Of a stretch of DNA of 64,000 nt, positions 51,719 through 64,000 are shown in pieces. How positions within the stretch are numbered: position 1 is the stretch's first letter; each line of letters begins with the position of its first letter. Below the pieces are notes generated by a model. It was not told where the DNA came from. It made no database searches and saw only the letters and a program-made list of their open reading frames with translations. This DNA comes from Podarcis melisellensis (taxonomy: Eukaryota): NCBI GenBank assembly GCA_964234715.1, contig OZ174285.1. One strand, given 5' to 3'. The position numbers and the translations under genes were made by a program.

Positions 51719-52744
51719 CTAAATGCATACAAAAATACCACAATGCAAAATAATAGGTAAATAAAAACTGAGGAAGAACAACTAATTTGCATCAAGTTTC
51801 ATATGCTAGAACAATTTTTTAGCAGATAATTTTCCATTTCTGAGCTGAAGGAACTTGAAAAACAGAGGGGTGGGTCTAAAGAAGCAGCAAGAGAAATAAG
51901 TGGGTGGAATATAACTTTCTGACCCACTCCTCATCCCAGCAGCCTCTCCCAAAAGTTTGGAAACCCTGCTGAATGGGGTAGGCTATGGCACCTGGGTAGG
52001 GGGAAAGTACATCTCCCTATTTTTTGGCGATCCCCTCTTCTCACTCAAACCCATACACCACAGTCCACACCATTAAACAGAGCCTAGGGCCCTTGGAAAG
52101 GCTGCTTGAAATGAAGGGGTAAGAAAGTCACACTTCCAACAGTATTTGTCTGATTCAAATACAGTATGTTTGCAACACTGAATAAACGGAAGAGAGAATA
52201 GAGATTATTCAGTTGAATAAACATTTTAATATGATGAATAGTGGGCTATCATGTACATTCCTGTCAGGGACTAAGACTAATATATAAAAATGTGAGGATC
52301 CAAAGAACAGTGATACTATTCAGAGCATCAGGGATGAGTTTCTGAAACAGCAGCTGCTCATGCTGTATGGCAAATTGCTTCTGCAATTCAGGGGAATATC
52401 AAAAGCTGCTTGCAATAAAGCACTGGAAGGAGAGTGTTTGATGTTCAATTAAGAAGTCAAACATTGTACTTACAGCACAACCCTATTCATGTTTATTCAT
52501 AAATATCACTGTGTTCTGTGCGCTTACTGCATAGCAAGTGTGTTTAGGATGCACACCAGCCTTAAAAGTTGATATTTTGCTGATGACCAGAGCGAGCGAG
52601 GAACAAAATGTAATTAATAAACTTAAAAAAACACGTACATGTTTCCAACTTCAGCTTTTTTGACAATAAAAGTGTTAAAAAGCAAAATTCAGTTACATTA
52701 ACCTAACAGAGGGACCTACTTCTAGAATTAATTAGCATCCATAC

Positions 52745-52830
52745 CTTCTTCTTCACTAGATGTTTTGGGACAACCATGAGGAAGATACGTCAGCTGAACT
52801 TTGCGGTTTATGCCAGAAAAATGTCCATAC
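52745..52830 (-). CDS. PPIP5K2: PPIP5K2 exon ([28 protein letters not shown])
   Basis: AG/GT bounded, 86 nt. Confidence 0.95.
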
Positions 52831-52912
52831 CTAAGAACAACAAATGGAGAATGGGGGAGGCAAGGAGCACACATTAAAAATGAACTTGATATATATCATG
52901 CAGCCTTGTAAG

Positions 52913-52938
52913 TGTGTGTGTGTGTGTGTGTGTGTGTG
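52913..52938. repeat. (GT)n microsatellite
   Basis: Direct observation. Confidence 0.95.
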
Positions 52939-54022
52939 AAGCTATTGCATTGCTGCCATGATGAAGAATGCCTTTCCTGCACTGTACCACTTTATCCTGC
53001 AGGTTTCAGTACTTCCTACATATGCACAGTGAGCATGTTAGGCAAAATGAATTTACTTAACATTCTTACTTAACTGACAATGTTCTCTGTAAAGGGAGTT
53101 TGTTTTCATAGTAGAGCATTCAAGCACCCAATTTCCACCTACAGTCTGAAGTAGTGTGCAGGAAAAGCTCTATCACTTGATTCTCCGATAGTAACCCTTG
53201 AGCAGCTTAACAAAGCAGAAATTCACACAGCAAGTTAGTGTAGGCCAGTCTTCCCAAACTTGGGTGTCCTCCAGATATCTTGGACTACAATTCCCATCAA
53301 CTATTACCATTAGAACATGCTGGCTGGTGCTGACAGGGTTGTAGACGTAAGTATAGTTATAGGTTTCTCAATCTCTTAAAGCAGCAGTCTGTGGGCATAT
53401 TTGCAAAGCAGAAAAAACTGTCATGGACACCACACACATTTAAACCAAGCACATGCTACAACCTATTCTATTGACTGCAGTAGAATGCTTCTTTCAAGCC
53501 TAATTCAATGGGAAGGATGGCCTTGTGGACAGTGGCGGAGAGCAGGCGGGGGCATGGCGCACCGCCTGCGGGGGCATGGCACTCAGCACGGGTAGGGGGG
53601 GGCAGCTGCGATGGCACCTCACTGGGATTGCGCTGCCAGGGGTGGTGTGCTCCCCCTGCACCCCTCTTCCTTCGCCAGTGCCTATGGACACTGGGAAAGG
53701 CTCATTGGCAACTCTTGTCTTAAACCAGAGTTAAAAGATCAGCAGAAGCAGGATAAAAGGCACTCTCCCCAAAATTCCCTCTGCCATTCTCCTGCAGGCA
53801 TAAGTTATCATTTATATGTCTCTGCAAGGAATATACATGCACAAAATGGCACTCAGTGGTTCATTAGAAATAGATTTCATGCTACCTAAAATTCTGAAGA
53901 TGCAGTAATAGTGTGAAAGAGTCAGAAACTGACTACTAACACGGATTAGTTCCCATATTTCAGATTAACAATGTGGTTGAACTCTCTTTATTCCTTAAAG
54001 AAATATATATATATATATATAT

Positions 54023-54500
54023 ATGCAGGTTTTGGTGTCCTCGGGTGTCTTCCCGTGTAAAAGTTGGGGTGTCTAGGCGACGTTTCGACGAGGTCTCACT
54101 CATCATCTTCAGGCTGGTGCTTTCGGCTTCTTGTTACTGGAACAGAGCAGGATCTCAGTGTTTGAGTTCCTATAAATACTGTTGAGGGGGTGTGGTGTAT
54201 AGCCTCCAATGTTCTGGGCAGAGAGGAAGTTCCCAGGCTAGTGGGAAGGCACACTAGCCTGGGAACTTCCTCTCTGCCCAGAACATTGGAGGCTATACAC
54301 CACACCCCCTCAACAGTATTTATAGGAACTCAAACACTGAGATCCTGCTCTGTTCCAGTAACAAGAAGCCGAAAGCACCAGCCTGAAGATGACGAGTGAG
54401 ACCTCGTCGAAACGTCGCCTAGACACCCCAACTTTTACACGGGAAGACACCCGAGGACACCAAAACCTGCATTCCTGTACCCGTGAAAATCTACGAAAGC
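54023..54500. mobile_element. Penelope-like element remnant as inverted pair (221-bp arms) inside a (TA)n tract
   Basis: Arms 54023-54243 and 54252-54472 with 1 mismatch; hammerhead core in each arm; (TA)n on both flanks. Confidence 0.8.
54378..54420 (+). ncRNA. Minimal hammerhead ribozyme motif (mirror copy on minus strand at ~54075-54117)
   Basis: CTGAAGA-t-GACGAG[tgagac]CTCGTC-GAAA-CGTC; palindromic ACGT stem III; GUC cleavage triplet. Confidence 0.7.
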
Positions 54501-54578
54501 ATATATATATATATATATATAAAGATACATGAGAAAGATACCCGTGTCAGCAGTAAGATCTCCAAATTAAATACTTAC

Positions 54579-54688
54579 ATCTCCAACACAGTTTTCAGCT
54601 GTTCAAGTTTAGATTTGTTTTCTTCAATCTCAGAGTCATTATTTTGTCCTAGCTCTATTAAGAGGTGTCTTGCAATGTCAAGTACTTC
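54579..54688 (-). CDS. PPIP5K2: PPIP5K2 exon ([37 protein letters not shown])
   Basis: AG/GT bounded, 110 nt. Confidence 0.95.
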
Positions 54689-54774
54689 CTAAAAGAGTGG
54701 CAAATTGTATTAGCAGTTTATGAAGACAGGTGTGAGTTTAAAAAAGAAAAGATTTTTTTAAAAACCCAACTTGC

Positions 54775-54850
54775 CTGCAATTGCTTCGGCTTTTTTAATT
54801 TTAGCTTCCCAGACTTGTATCCATTGCATTTTTCAAAAAGATCAAAAAAC
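54775..54850 (-). CDS. PPIP5K2: PPIP5K2 exon ([25 protein letters not shown]), GC donor
   Basis: 76 nt; donor CAG|GCAAGT. Confidence 0.93.
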
Positions 54851-54964
54851 CTTTAAAATAAGCATGGAATGATTAGAAAGGCAGTGAATTACTTTGCTAG
54901 AAGTCACTAGGCCAAACTAGTATTATTTTCTGGTTCTAGATTTTTATAATAGGGAAAAGAATTG

Positions 54965-55092
54965 CTCATTGTTTAGGGAAGCTTTTAATGTTTGATGGAT
55001 TACTGTATTTTAATATTTTGTTGGAAGCCACCCAGAGTGGCTGGGGAAGCCCAGCCAGATGGGCGGGATATAAATCATTATCATCATCATCA
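54965..55092 (+). mobile_element. L2 LINE 3' end fragment
   Basis: tttagggaagcttttaatg...gccacccagagtggctggggaa with (TCA)n tail. Confidence 0.8.
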
Positions 55093-56007
55093 ACCCCAAA
55101 CCAGATTATTCATGTCTTCACATCTAGCAAATAACTGTTTGGGAAGCATGTGGTTGTTAACACAAAACAATGTATTCAGTTATGAATTTTACATATATTA
55201 ATTGATGGTCTTGAAAAGACTTTGCACCACGTTGTATATGCAGTCTCTACGGAATAGCATCTCAGGTCACCATTCTGTGGCTTTTGCTCCCTGAACATTC
55301 GCCAAGGCTTATGTTTATAAGCCATTCTCAAGCCAGTTTTGAAATAACTAATAATATGCACTTAGAAAGTAATGAAACTGATGTAAAGCGAGCAAGTCAA
55401 AGTTAAGCTGGTGTAAAGGTCAACCAGGGTTGCTGCTTTGCCTAAGCCTTGGCGACAGAAAACAAGCCCTTAAAATAGTGTTCCGCACTGGATTGCAAGG
55501 TTACAAGACCAAGCTGAATGGGCTTAGGATGCCATAACCCTTTTCTGGGATTTACACCAGCCTTGACTCAGCCAGCTTCTCCTCAGCCATCTGAGCAAGT
55601 TATAATACCAGTGTATCTTTGATTGAGCCATCTGAGCCAGAAATCAGCAAGCTGGAGTGCAGATCCACTGCATCGTAAATGGCTCATACCAGTGAATCTT
55701 GCCATAGGACTGCCCCGAAGAGTTCTGTTTTATTTGTTTAAAAAATTATATATACTGTAATTACTTCAGTGGAACTTCCAGGGCAGTTTACAAAATACAG
55801 AAGTAAATTTAAACTTTAAAAGCAAAGAAAACAAAACATTTGATGATACAGCCTCTTAATACATAAATACAGATGAAAAATCAAATTAAATGTCAGTAAA
55901 CGCAACACAGATGCACATCTATGCCCCCCTCGGTTTAAATTATCTTACTACAGGTAATGGGGAAAATATCAAATTTGTTCATTACATCCCCCCAGCCAAT
56001 TACTTAC

Positions 56008-56094
56008 TTCTGATGTTTAACTTCCATTTTCATTTTTTGTTTTGGTGTTCGATCTCCATGTCGTATAACAGCAATAACACATCTAAGTTCCATC
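56008..56094 (-). CDS. PPIP5K2: PPIP5K2 exon ([29 protein letters not shown])
   Basis: AG/GT bounded, 87 nt, RHGxRxP acid-phosphatase motif. Confidence 0.96.
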
Positions 56095-56335
56095 CTGCAA
56101 GCATACAAAGATTTAAAAGCACAAAGTTTGATTGTCATTAACAGCAACAAAAAAGTATGAAAAAGAGAACATGTAAATATGATTTCTCATATAAACATTA
56201 ACGAAACATTTCAATGAATATGTTGTTGAATTATTCTAAACTGAAAGTGAGCGAATACTGAGAGATAAGAAAAATAGAAAATGTTACATAGTCAGGTTGA
56301 ATAATTTAGACAGAGGGGAAAAAACATTCTCTTAC

Positions 56336-56437
56336 ATTGTTCCAGATGTAGTTGGTACAATAGGAATATCCTCTGCTTCTAAAGGTATGGACCATGGGAT
56401 CTGAAACTGTGGAGCAAGTTCTCGCATTACGATATTT
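56336..56437 (-). CDS. PPIP5K2: PPIP5K2 exon ([34 protein letters not shown])
   Basis: AG/GT bounded, 102 nt. Confidence 0.95.
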
Positions 56438-57297
56438 CTAAATGGAATAGAAATAAGTGTTTGCTGAAATTAATAAGTCTACATTAATAACAATTAATAA
56501 TTTGTCTAATAAAAACAAGTTGAAAATGCATTAACCCCTTAATAAACCATACCCACGTATGTTATGTTCCATAAATAACGTGCCATTCTTTAATAACCAA
56601 TCATGCTGCTTCTAAAATATTTTCCCCTAATCCTGAAGTTCCTAAAGTGGATCTCAGTGCCCTGAACACTTCCTTTATGCTAGTGGAGGCCCTCTGCCTT
56701 TGTGTGTGGCTATGCCAGTGTTTTACTTTGAGCAGCCGGCTGTGCTAGTGAAGCCATGGCTTCTAGCTGTTTGCCCTCTTCCTTTCCTTATAATGCCTCT
56801 GAGGAATTCTTCGCTTTCTAGCATCCCTAACACCCATGAAAAAAAATCCCTTTTTTAAAAGGAGAAAGGACTCATGCTGCTGCATGGTAAGCTTGGGGAT
56901 GGGGAGGAGAACAACCAGGGATGGTTTGTCTCTTTGTGTTTTATTAAGTACTGCACATTTTGCCTTTCCCCAAAGTTGCACAGAAACTATACTGGGTATG
57001 CATGCTCATTATGGGCATCCTAAATAGCTGTTATTTTACTGTATCTGAATTGTGTTATCTAAAAGCTCTATTTTGCAAGATACAGTTTCCAACAGGTCAA
57101 CCACACAGAGGACAGTATTCAGCTAAGGCCTACTCAGAAGAGACCTACTGAAATTAATGAACCTGAATTAGTCAGGTCCATTAACTTCAATGGGTCTACT
57201 GTGAATAGGACTAGCATTGAATACCACCACGGACATTCTATTTACTTTAAATAAATTATGGAAAGGAAACGGTCTGACAAATAGCATAAAATCTTAC

Positions 57298-57419
57298 CCA
57301 AGGATTTTAGCACAATCATCATAATATTTCATAGAATTCTTCACGAAACTAAAGCCATTGACATCACAGACGTAAGATTGTCCATTTGCACGCAACAGAT
57401 CAAAGCCACAAACTGTTTG
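57298..57419 (-). CDS. PPIP5K2: PPIP5K2 exon ([41 protein letters not shown])
   Basis: AG/GT bounded, 122 nt, kinase DVNG motif. Confidence 0.96.
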
Positions 57420-58757
57420 CTGTCAAGACAAGAAATCACAAGGTTTATAAATTTATAAAACTTCAGATAATTATCTACAGTAAAAAATAAATGCACAAAA
57501 ACTCATCTCTTCTTCAAGGATCAGGTTCAACTTGAAATGTATTTAATGAATAGCTTCTCCTCACAGAAGGTCTCACTACTGCATTTTTAAAAAGCTTTGG
57601 ATTTTACACCCTTCCAAAGTCAAACCCTTATCTTATCTCTTCAAACAGTGAGATATATTAATAAAATAATTTACAATACATAATACCATGTAAATGTATT
57701 TCAATCTTATAAAGTAGCATAAATATTAGCAAAGGACTCAGTTCAAACAGCCAAAAATATAGGTCAGTCACAAATGATGCAAAAAGCACACACATTTTAT
57801 CGGGCTCCCAAGTTTGTGTAATGTAGGTTTTATTTACATATTTGTCTTAGCATACTTTCTCTCCTAGTCAGAAGAAGAGAAAGAAGGTCTTGTTCCCCCT
57901 TTGCTGCCTAACAGGGAACAGCATTTGTTGCCTAGGCACAGTGGCAAGGGAGTTCATAGCTGGCTGTCAACCTTGGTGTGGCTGGCAATGTAGTATTTCT
58001 GCTCTTCTCACCCACATGGGAGGCTAGGAGTGGGAAGTGGGGCTCCCAGGGCAGACCTGGGTGAAGACTTTACTCATCCAGAATCACTCTGGGAGTACTT
58101 AAGGTGAGCTGTGGAGAGTGGAGTCACCACAGTGGGCATCAGGATTGCCCTCCCATCCTCCCTTTAATACACTGGTTTATGGGTTATCTGTTGGAGAGTG
58201 ACAGTCCCACTTTGACCTTGCTATGGATCATTTTATCACACTGTTTGGCCAGGTCTGCAGGCTTCGCCTACTTCAGAGCCATCATCACAACTTTACGGTA
58301 TAAAAGCCATTAGGCTGGATCACTACTGAGAATGGGCAGAGTGAGAAACCCCTCTCAAGTTGTCCCATAGGAGGATCTCCTTAAAGGATTTTGGAGGGCT
58401 GCACTTTTTATCCAGATGCCAAATCACCCCCTGCTGCTGATCACTGGGGGTTCCTCATCTGTGCTACCTCCCTCCCTGAATTCTGGTCAACCCCAATACT
58501 TCATCAACCAGCAAGCAGGCCGCTGGAACCTTGTAATGCCATGCCTGATGCCTATGCCAAACCTGCTGCATCCATAATCAATAAAGATGTGGTCTAACTT
58601 GAATCCAACACCTGTCTCCTGTTTCATCCTTGTGTGCTCCACCACTGCCTCACTGTGCTTGGGCTTGCAGATAACAAATCTATAACAACTCAGAGCTAAG
58701 GAGATGCCCTCTGGGGTATAAACAAAGACCACTTTCTCCAGCCTTCATTCATTTTAC

Positions 58758-58919
58758 CTTAAAAGCTAGGCATACTTTCCAAGCTATAAGCTTCTCCCTT
58801 GCATTAAGGATGACTGGATACCGTACTTCTTTCCCTTCACTGTCCCGCTCCACTTTTCCATCCAGTGCAGGGGATTTACGAGCTTCTGCGTGTGCATAAT
58901 CTGGTCCTACTGTGTATAC
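58758..58919 (-). CDS. PPIP5K2: PPIP5K2 exon ([10 protein letters not shown]...KVCLAFK)
   Basis: AG/GT bounded, 162 nt. Confidence 0.96.
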
Positions 58920-60166
58920 CTTTATTTGGAAATAAAAAATTACAACAGAATAAAAAACTTTTTTTTTTTGGTTCATTACTTTTTTATTTCATAGTTCCTG
59001 GGCCTCTAGAGTCATACTCATTACTTTCACATCATGGGGAGATTAGTGACTAACTGAAAAGCGCTACAAGTTCCAATGCTATACCGTATCCATGTCCCAA
59101 CTGGCAACCTAATCTTGCTGAAAGTTTCATATTACAGCTTCTGCTACTACCAATTTATTTAACATGACTCCTAATCAGATAGCTTACAATCTTTGGCCAC
59201 GATTCAAAGAATGTGCAATCAGCTCTGCATACCCAAAGGGATTTAGATTTGTTTTTCTTTAAACTGCTCCCTGCCCACATCACATGGCAGCCAGATAATG
59301 TACTATGGGAGTTTCAAAAGCAGTGGTATGTTTCTTCAAATAAAAAAGTAAGAGATTTCCCTCGTCTTGCCTAAAATAGCTCTCTGAATCCAACCCTTTG
59401 TACAGGATGAACCAACAAAGAATTAAAGTAGGCACAATTGATTTGTTAGGATTATATTATATCTATAATTATCAAACTTCCAAACACTTAATTTTGAAAA
59501 GCCTCATGCCAATCTGTAGTTACAAGTTGTAATTTTCCTATGTAGAAATGTTTTGTCTTAGTTTTCAAAGAATTTTGACAAATAAAAAAAAAACAAGAAA
59601 ATCCAGCTGCTGTATGATTAACTGATAATGAATGTTTAGGCAGCTTTGGAGACCACCAAGAGCTACATCAACTGCTCACATAAATGCTCCATGATTGCTG
59701 AAGACAACTGTTTCCAGACTGTACAGATCAGTCAAAAGCATCTCAGTATTTGAAGCATAGTTTTATGATTTAGGAATGCAGGTCCATTCCTATACACTTT
59801 CTTGGAATTTTGGTCTAACACAATGTACTTTATTTTCAAGAAAGTATGCTTAGGAATGAAATGTTAGAATAATTTCATTTCAGGACAAGTGTATTTGTCT
59901 GAATACACATTCAGAAAACAGTATGGCAGCACGTTTATGTTCTTTTTGAATGGTAAACTGTAATCACAAGAGTATCTAAAGAGAGAGACAAACTAAAACA
60001 TGAAGTGTTCCTTTTACTTGGAGAAAACAAAACGTGATATGTAAACTATTTTAAGTTTAATAATAGCAGTGCTTCAGGCAGAGATAAATGCCTCACATCT
60101 AAAGTTGCTGAGTTCGTTAAGTACTTGATTGTTCTAAATATAAACCAGAATATGCAGTTGTCATAC

Positions 60167-60268
60167 CTTCACATCAGTGCCATCTGTAGGCATGAACTCC
60201 TCGTAGATATATGAACCAGTTTTCCGCACACTGCTTTCAGGGGAATAAACACTGCTTCTGCTACCGAT
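60167..60268 (-). CDS. PPIP5K2: PPIP5K2 exon ([10 protein letters not shown]...PTDGTDVK)
   Basis: AG/GT bounded, 102 nt. Confidence 0.96.
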
Positions 60269-61153
60269 CTGAAACACAAACCTTCCCATCAATATTATTT
60301 CATACAAAGACAAAGCCTTCTCAGATCCATAAAACCCTGTACTTCTTTTGTCATCCCTCCCTAGCCTATTTTTCCCCAAGCACTTCAAAAGTAAAACCAA
60401 AAGCAACCTTACGTTATAAAAGTTTAGTGTGGTGTAAAAAGGGCAGAAATGTGTAAGGAGGAAAGAGAAAAACCTAGATAGGCTGACTCTCCCATGACAT
60501 AAGCAGACCCAGAAGATTCTCTAGGCAGGTAACCTGAGGTTTCTCAAGTTCACAGAGCATGGAAATAGAAAGGGGCAAACATTCTCCACACCCACGATAC
60601 TCTGCCCTTTCCAAAACACCATCACTCAGTCCAACCTTGCCTCAGTAACGCATGAACTTTGCATGCGAAAGATCCCATGGTTTAATCGCTGGCATTTCTG
60701 GTAGGGCTGGGAAAGCCTTGTTAGAAGCCCTGGAGAACTACTGAGGTGGACTAATGGACTGATACAAAATAAACTCTCAGAAAACTTCTGGTGGTGATGA
60801 TACACAGTATGTGAGATTGCTCCAAATGAGAGATGGGGAGATAAACTGGGTGTAAGACAAGTTGTGAGCTATTTTGAACACAATTTTGAAAACTTTACAT
60901 CATTTGCTCATTATACATTTCCATATTACAGAGCCATCCTCTGTCATGTTATTCAGTGGATAACCATTTCTATTAATGGAGATATTCTATTACCGAATCC
61001 CATTTCACTCTTCCTTATGGGTCAAGTCCAATGTACATAATTTAGCTCACAATTTAGCTGCAACCTTCCAGGTAATGCTGTTTCCAACATTCTACTAAAA
61101 ACTGAGTAAGTTAAAAAACATTTTTACTATTATTCAGTTTAACATATTCTCAC

Positions 61154-61308
61154 TTTCCGAAAGAGCCTCTGACTTCCACCACCAGCAGATGTTGGATAGT
61201 AAATATAAACATTGTGGTCCTCAGCACTGACAGGCTTCTCCACAAATGGTTTTTGGAAAACTTCTCCATTCACCTCCACATGATCTTCACCTTCAATCAA
61301 ATTGCATT
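61154..61308 (-). CDS. PPIP5K2: PPIP5K2 exon ([10 protein letters not shown]...[10 protein letters not shown])
   Basis: AG/GT bounded, 155 nt. Confidence 0.96.
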
Positions 61309-61502
61309 CTGGAAAATAACATGAAGTGCAGACTTTAGGCTGGAGATACAATTAAGAGATCAAAATCTCATCAAACCTGGAGGAGGAGGAGAATGGCTTG
61401 AACCTCTAATATAGCACTGCATCAAGCAAGCAAGATTACTAATCAGAAAAAAAAAATGTTTAGAACAGAGCCCTTTGAAAATTCCATTATAATAGCCATT
61501 AC

Positions 61503-61588
61503 CTTGTGGATTGTTTGGATCACGGATTAGAACTGCGTAACGAGGGAGTAAAATACCTTCAGCTTCAAGAATGCCATAAACCTCTCTC
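61503..61588 (-). CDS. PPIP5K2: PPIP5K2 exon ([28 protein letters not shown])
   Basis: AG/GT bounded, 86 nt, phases match neighbours. Confidence 0.95.
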
Positions 61589-62339
61589 CTAAAAGAATAT
61601 TTTTTTCACAAAATGAATATTATCAATTCAAAACATTTCTCTAAAAAGTCACATAATTACTATTATCAATGAATTATGCATTCGAAACATTTCTCTTAAA
61701 AGTCACATAATCACTATATATATATCAAAGTAGTAAGATCTGGATTTTACTTCCACTACCCTAGTTCTGGTATAAAGTGGGTACACGTGAACATACCACT
61801 CTTCAGGGAAGTAGCTTAAATCTGCCCAGACAAGAACAGAAGTGTACACCACCTCTGCTCAAGGAAGGTAAGGAGGACACATTCATTCATTAATTGGGAA
61901 TTGAAGTATAGCCTAGAGCATTTCTTGTATCTGTTGAGTGTCTAGCTTTGACAAATATGCACAATTTACCCATGGGGCATATTCTTTTTACATTCTATTG
62001 TTTTAATGTCTATAATTCATGATTATAATCTGTGCAGGAATACATAATTGGAACAGACACTAAACTGTATCCTGTTCTGTTTACCTTTCTCATAAACTTA
62101 ATATTATTTACTGTTTTAAGGTGAACACTATATACATTTCTCAGCTGAATATTATTCCATTTTAGTTACATTACAGCTTTTTACTAGCTTTCTTTTCTTT
62201 ATGTTAACTACTTTACCTCCATAATAATCAACCTGATGAGACAGCATTTCATTGAGGCTTTTTAAATATCGTACTAAGGCTTTTAAAATATTGTACAACA
62301 ACTAGAGTGTGGGATATTTATTTATGGCTATTTACTTAC

Positions 62340-62430
62340 CTGTCTTGTATGTGATATTGCATATTCAAGTCATTAATAACAAAAGGATTCCTCAGCTTTG
62401 AATAAGCAACTGCTTTGTCTAATGGAAATC
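62340..62430 (-). CDS. PPIP5K2: PPIP5K2 exon ([31 protein letters not shown])
   Basis: AG/GT bounded, 91 nt, kinase domain. Confidence 0.95.
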
Positions 62431-63255
62431 CTAAATAAAAAATATTACAGAATATTAGTTCACAACTATTACATTTGTATAAATCTTGGTGATGGATTGG
62501 AATTCTTACTTTCCAAATTGACCTATGTGAAGAGGCTGTGTAAATGATCTGTAATCCCTTCAACTGTGAATAGTATCTGGTTTCAAGTGAGTCATATTCA
62601 TATTGATCCAACTGGCTTAGAAATTTTCATTAGTTTTTATTCCTTGTTTTAGTCAGCTAAGAAAGGATAAGTTCCCATTACTTCACTACACTGGACTTCT
62701 CCCATTCCAAAGTGGCCTTGCTTTTAAAAGAAGGCATTGATGCACCAATTGCAGTACAATTATCAGCATGTTTGCTTAGAAATATATATTTTTTATTTCA
62801 GTGAGACTTGCTCACTAATAAGTGAGTTAAGGAATGTGGATGTATATCGTATGTAGTTTTTGCCCTTGCTCCAAAAAGGGTACTAGCACAAGGTTATTAT
62901 TGCCTGCTGACAAAACAGTAAGTGGCTGACCGATTGGTTTTAAAAAATAAATAAATAGTACACCCACTTTCTGTTACCATCACAGAAAGCATGAACCCTT
63001 TGCAAACTAGAGCTGGAAATCCTAGTTTTGAGCAGGGAAGCCCCAGGGGGGTAAAAGCTCTAAATTCTCCTCCCGCTGAATAGACATTGCATTTAAAATA
63101 TAAATAGGGGTTTCCATTATATGTACTTTACCCCGAGTGTAATATTATAAACATGCCAATGCCCAAGTAAATTCCATATAAATAAAGGGATTTTCTTCCA
63201 AGGAAGTGTTTTTTTATTGCAGTGTGAAACAGATTGACACTGCTTTGTAGCATAT

Positions 63256-63630
63256 AGGTAAGGTAAAGGTAAAGGACCCCTGGATGGTTAAGTCCAATCA
63301 AAGTTGATTATGAGGTATGGCACTCCTCTCGTTTTTCGGGCTGAGGGAGCCAGCTTTTGTCCACAAACAGCTTTCTGGGTCATGTGGCCAGCATGACTAA
63401 ACCGCTACTGGCACACGGAGGACCGTGACAAGTGCCAGAGCACACAGAAATACTGTTTACCTTCACACTGTAGCTGTACCTATTTATATACTTGCATTGG
63501 TATGCTTTTGAACTGCTAGGTTGACAGACGCTGGGACAGAGCAATGGCAGCTCACCACGGTTGTCTGTATTTGAACCACCAACCTTCCGATCGGCAGGCC
63601 CAAGAGACTCAGTGGTTTAGACCACAGTGA
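63256..63630 (-). mobile_element. Sauria SINE (more diverged copy)
   Basis: Same diagnostic blocks and (AAAGGT)n tail as 24992-25343. Confidence 0.9.
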
Positions 63631-64000
63631 AATATCAAGTTAATTGAAACATTATGTCTCTTCTATTACTATAAACTACTGAATTAATATATGCACACAT
63701 ATATACATTTTAAAGTAGTGTTGCTTAAGGCAATTTATTTTCTAATATTAAAATTACATTTTTTCCCAAAAAGGCAAAAAGATTCAAACTTAATACATGC
63801 AATATGAAGACATTTTACATTACTGTGATTATTCATGTGTTTTATTATTGATATATTTGCCACCCTGACTTCCTTTGGAAGGAAGGGAAGGATATTAAAC
63901 AAACAAACAAACAAACAAATAATAAACAAGAGAGTAATTACCTTTAGAATGAAAAGAAATGAGACAGTCACATAAAGGCCAGTTTTCCACAGGTTCATTC

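Larger units (their letters stand above)
26040..64000 (-). other. PPIP5K2: PPIP5K2 gene span (5' part outside the window; 3' end approximate)
   Basis: 26 exons join in frame with consistent phases and encode the ATP-grasp kinase domain, the histidine acid phosphatase-like domain (RHGDRTP) and the C-terminal disordered region. Confidence 0.95.

Noticed and set aside
54096-54399. Two near-identical 69-aa ORFs on opposite strands
   Set aside because: Consequence of the palindrome, not duplicated genes
60640-60720. tRNA-like A/B-box sequence (also near 20590-20660)
   Set aside because: Degenerate SINE heads; no cloverleaf can be formed

Overview
Eukaryotic genomic DNA from a squamate reptile, probably a lacertid lizard (inferred from Sauria SINEs plus young L2 and Penelope repeats). 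Two genes lie in tandem on the minus strand, as in human 5q21. (1) PPIP5K2 (diphosphoinositol-pentakisphosphate kinase 2): 26 coding exons traced between ~62.4 kb and ~29.3 kb. The first coding exons lie beyond the window, one exon runs into an N-gap, one intron is GC-AG, and the terminal exon is ambiguous. (2) MACIR/C5orf30: single coding exon 4412-5038, with a CpG-island promoter and non-coding first exon at ~18.2-19.0 kb. Introns carry L2, CR1, Sauria SINE, MIR-like and MITE insertions. The most unusual structures are Penelope-like retroelement remnants arranged as near-perfect palindromes carrying minimal hammerhead-ribozyme cores (54.0-54.5 kb, 12.4-12.6 kb, and a decayed single copy at 21.9 kb). 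There is also a cluster of in-frame candidate cassette/micro-exons with RBFOX motifs in the PPIP5K2 C-terminal disordered region. I see no convincing wholly new system; the highlights are new instances or candidate variants of known classes. Comparisons with human proteins are from memory, not from a search.
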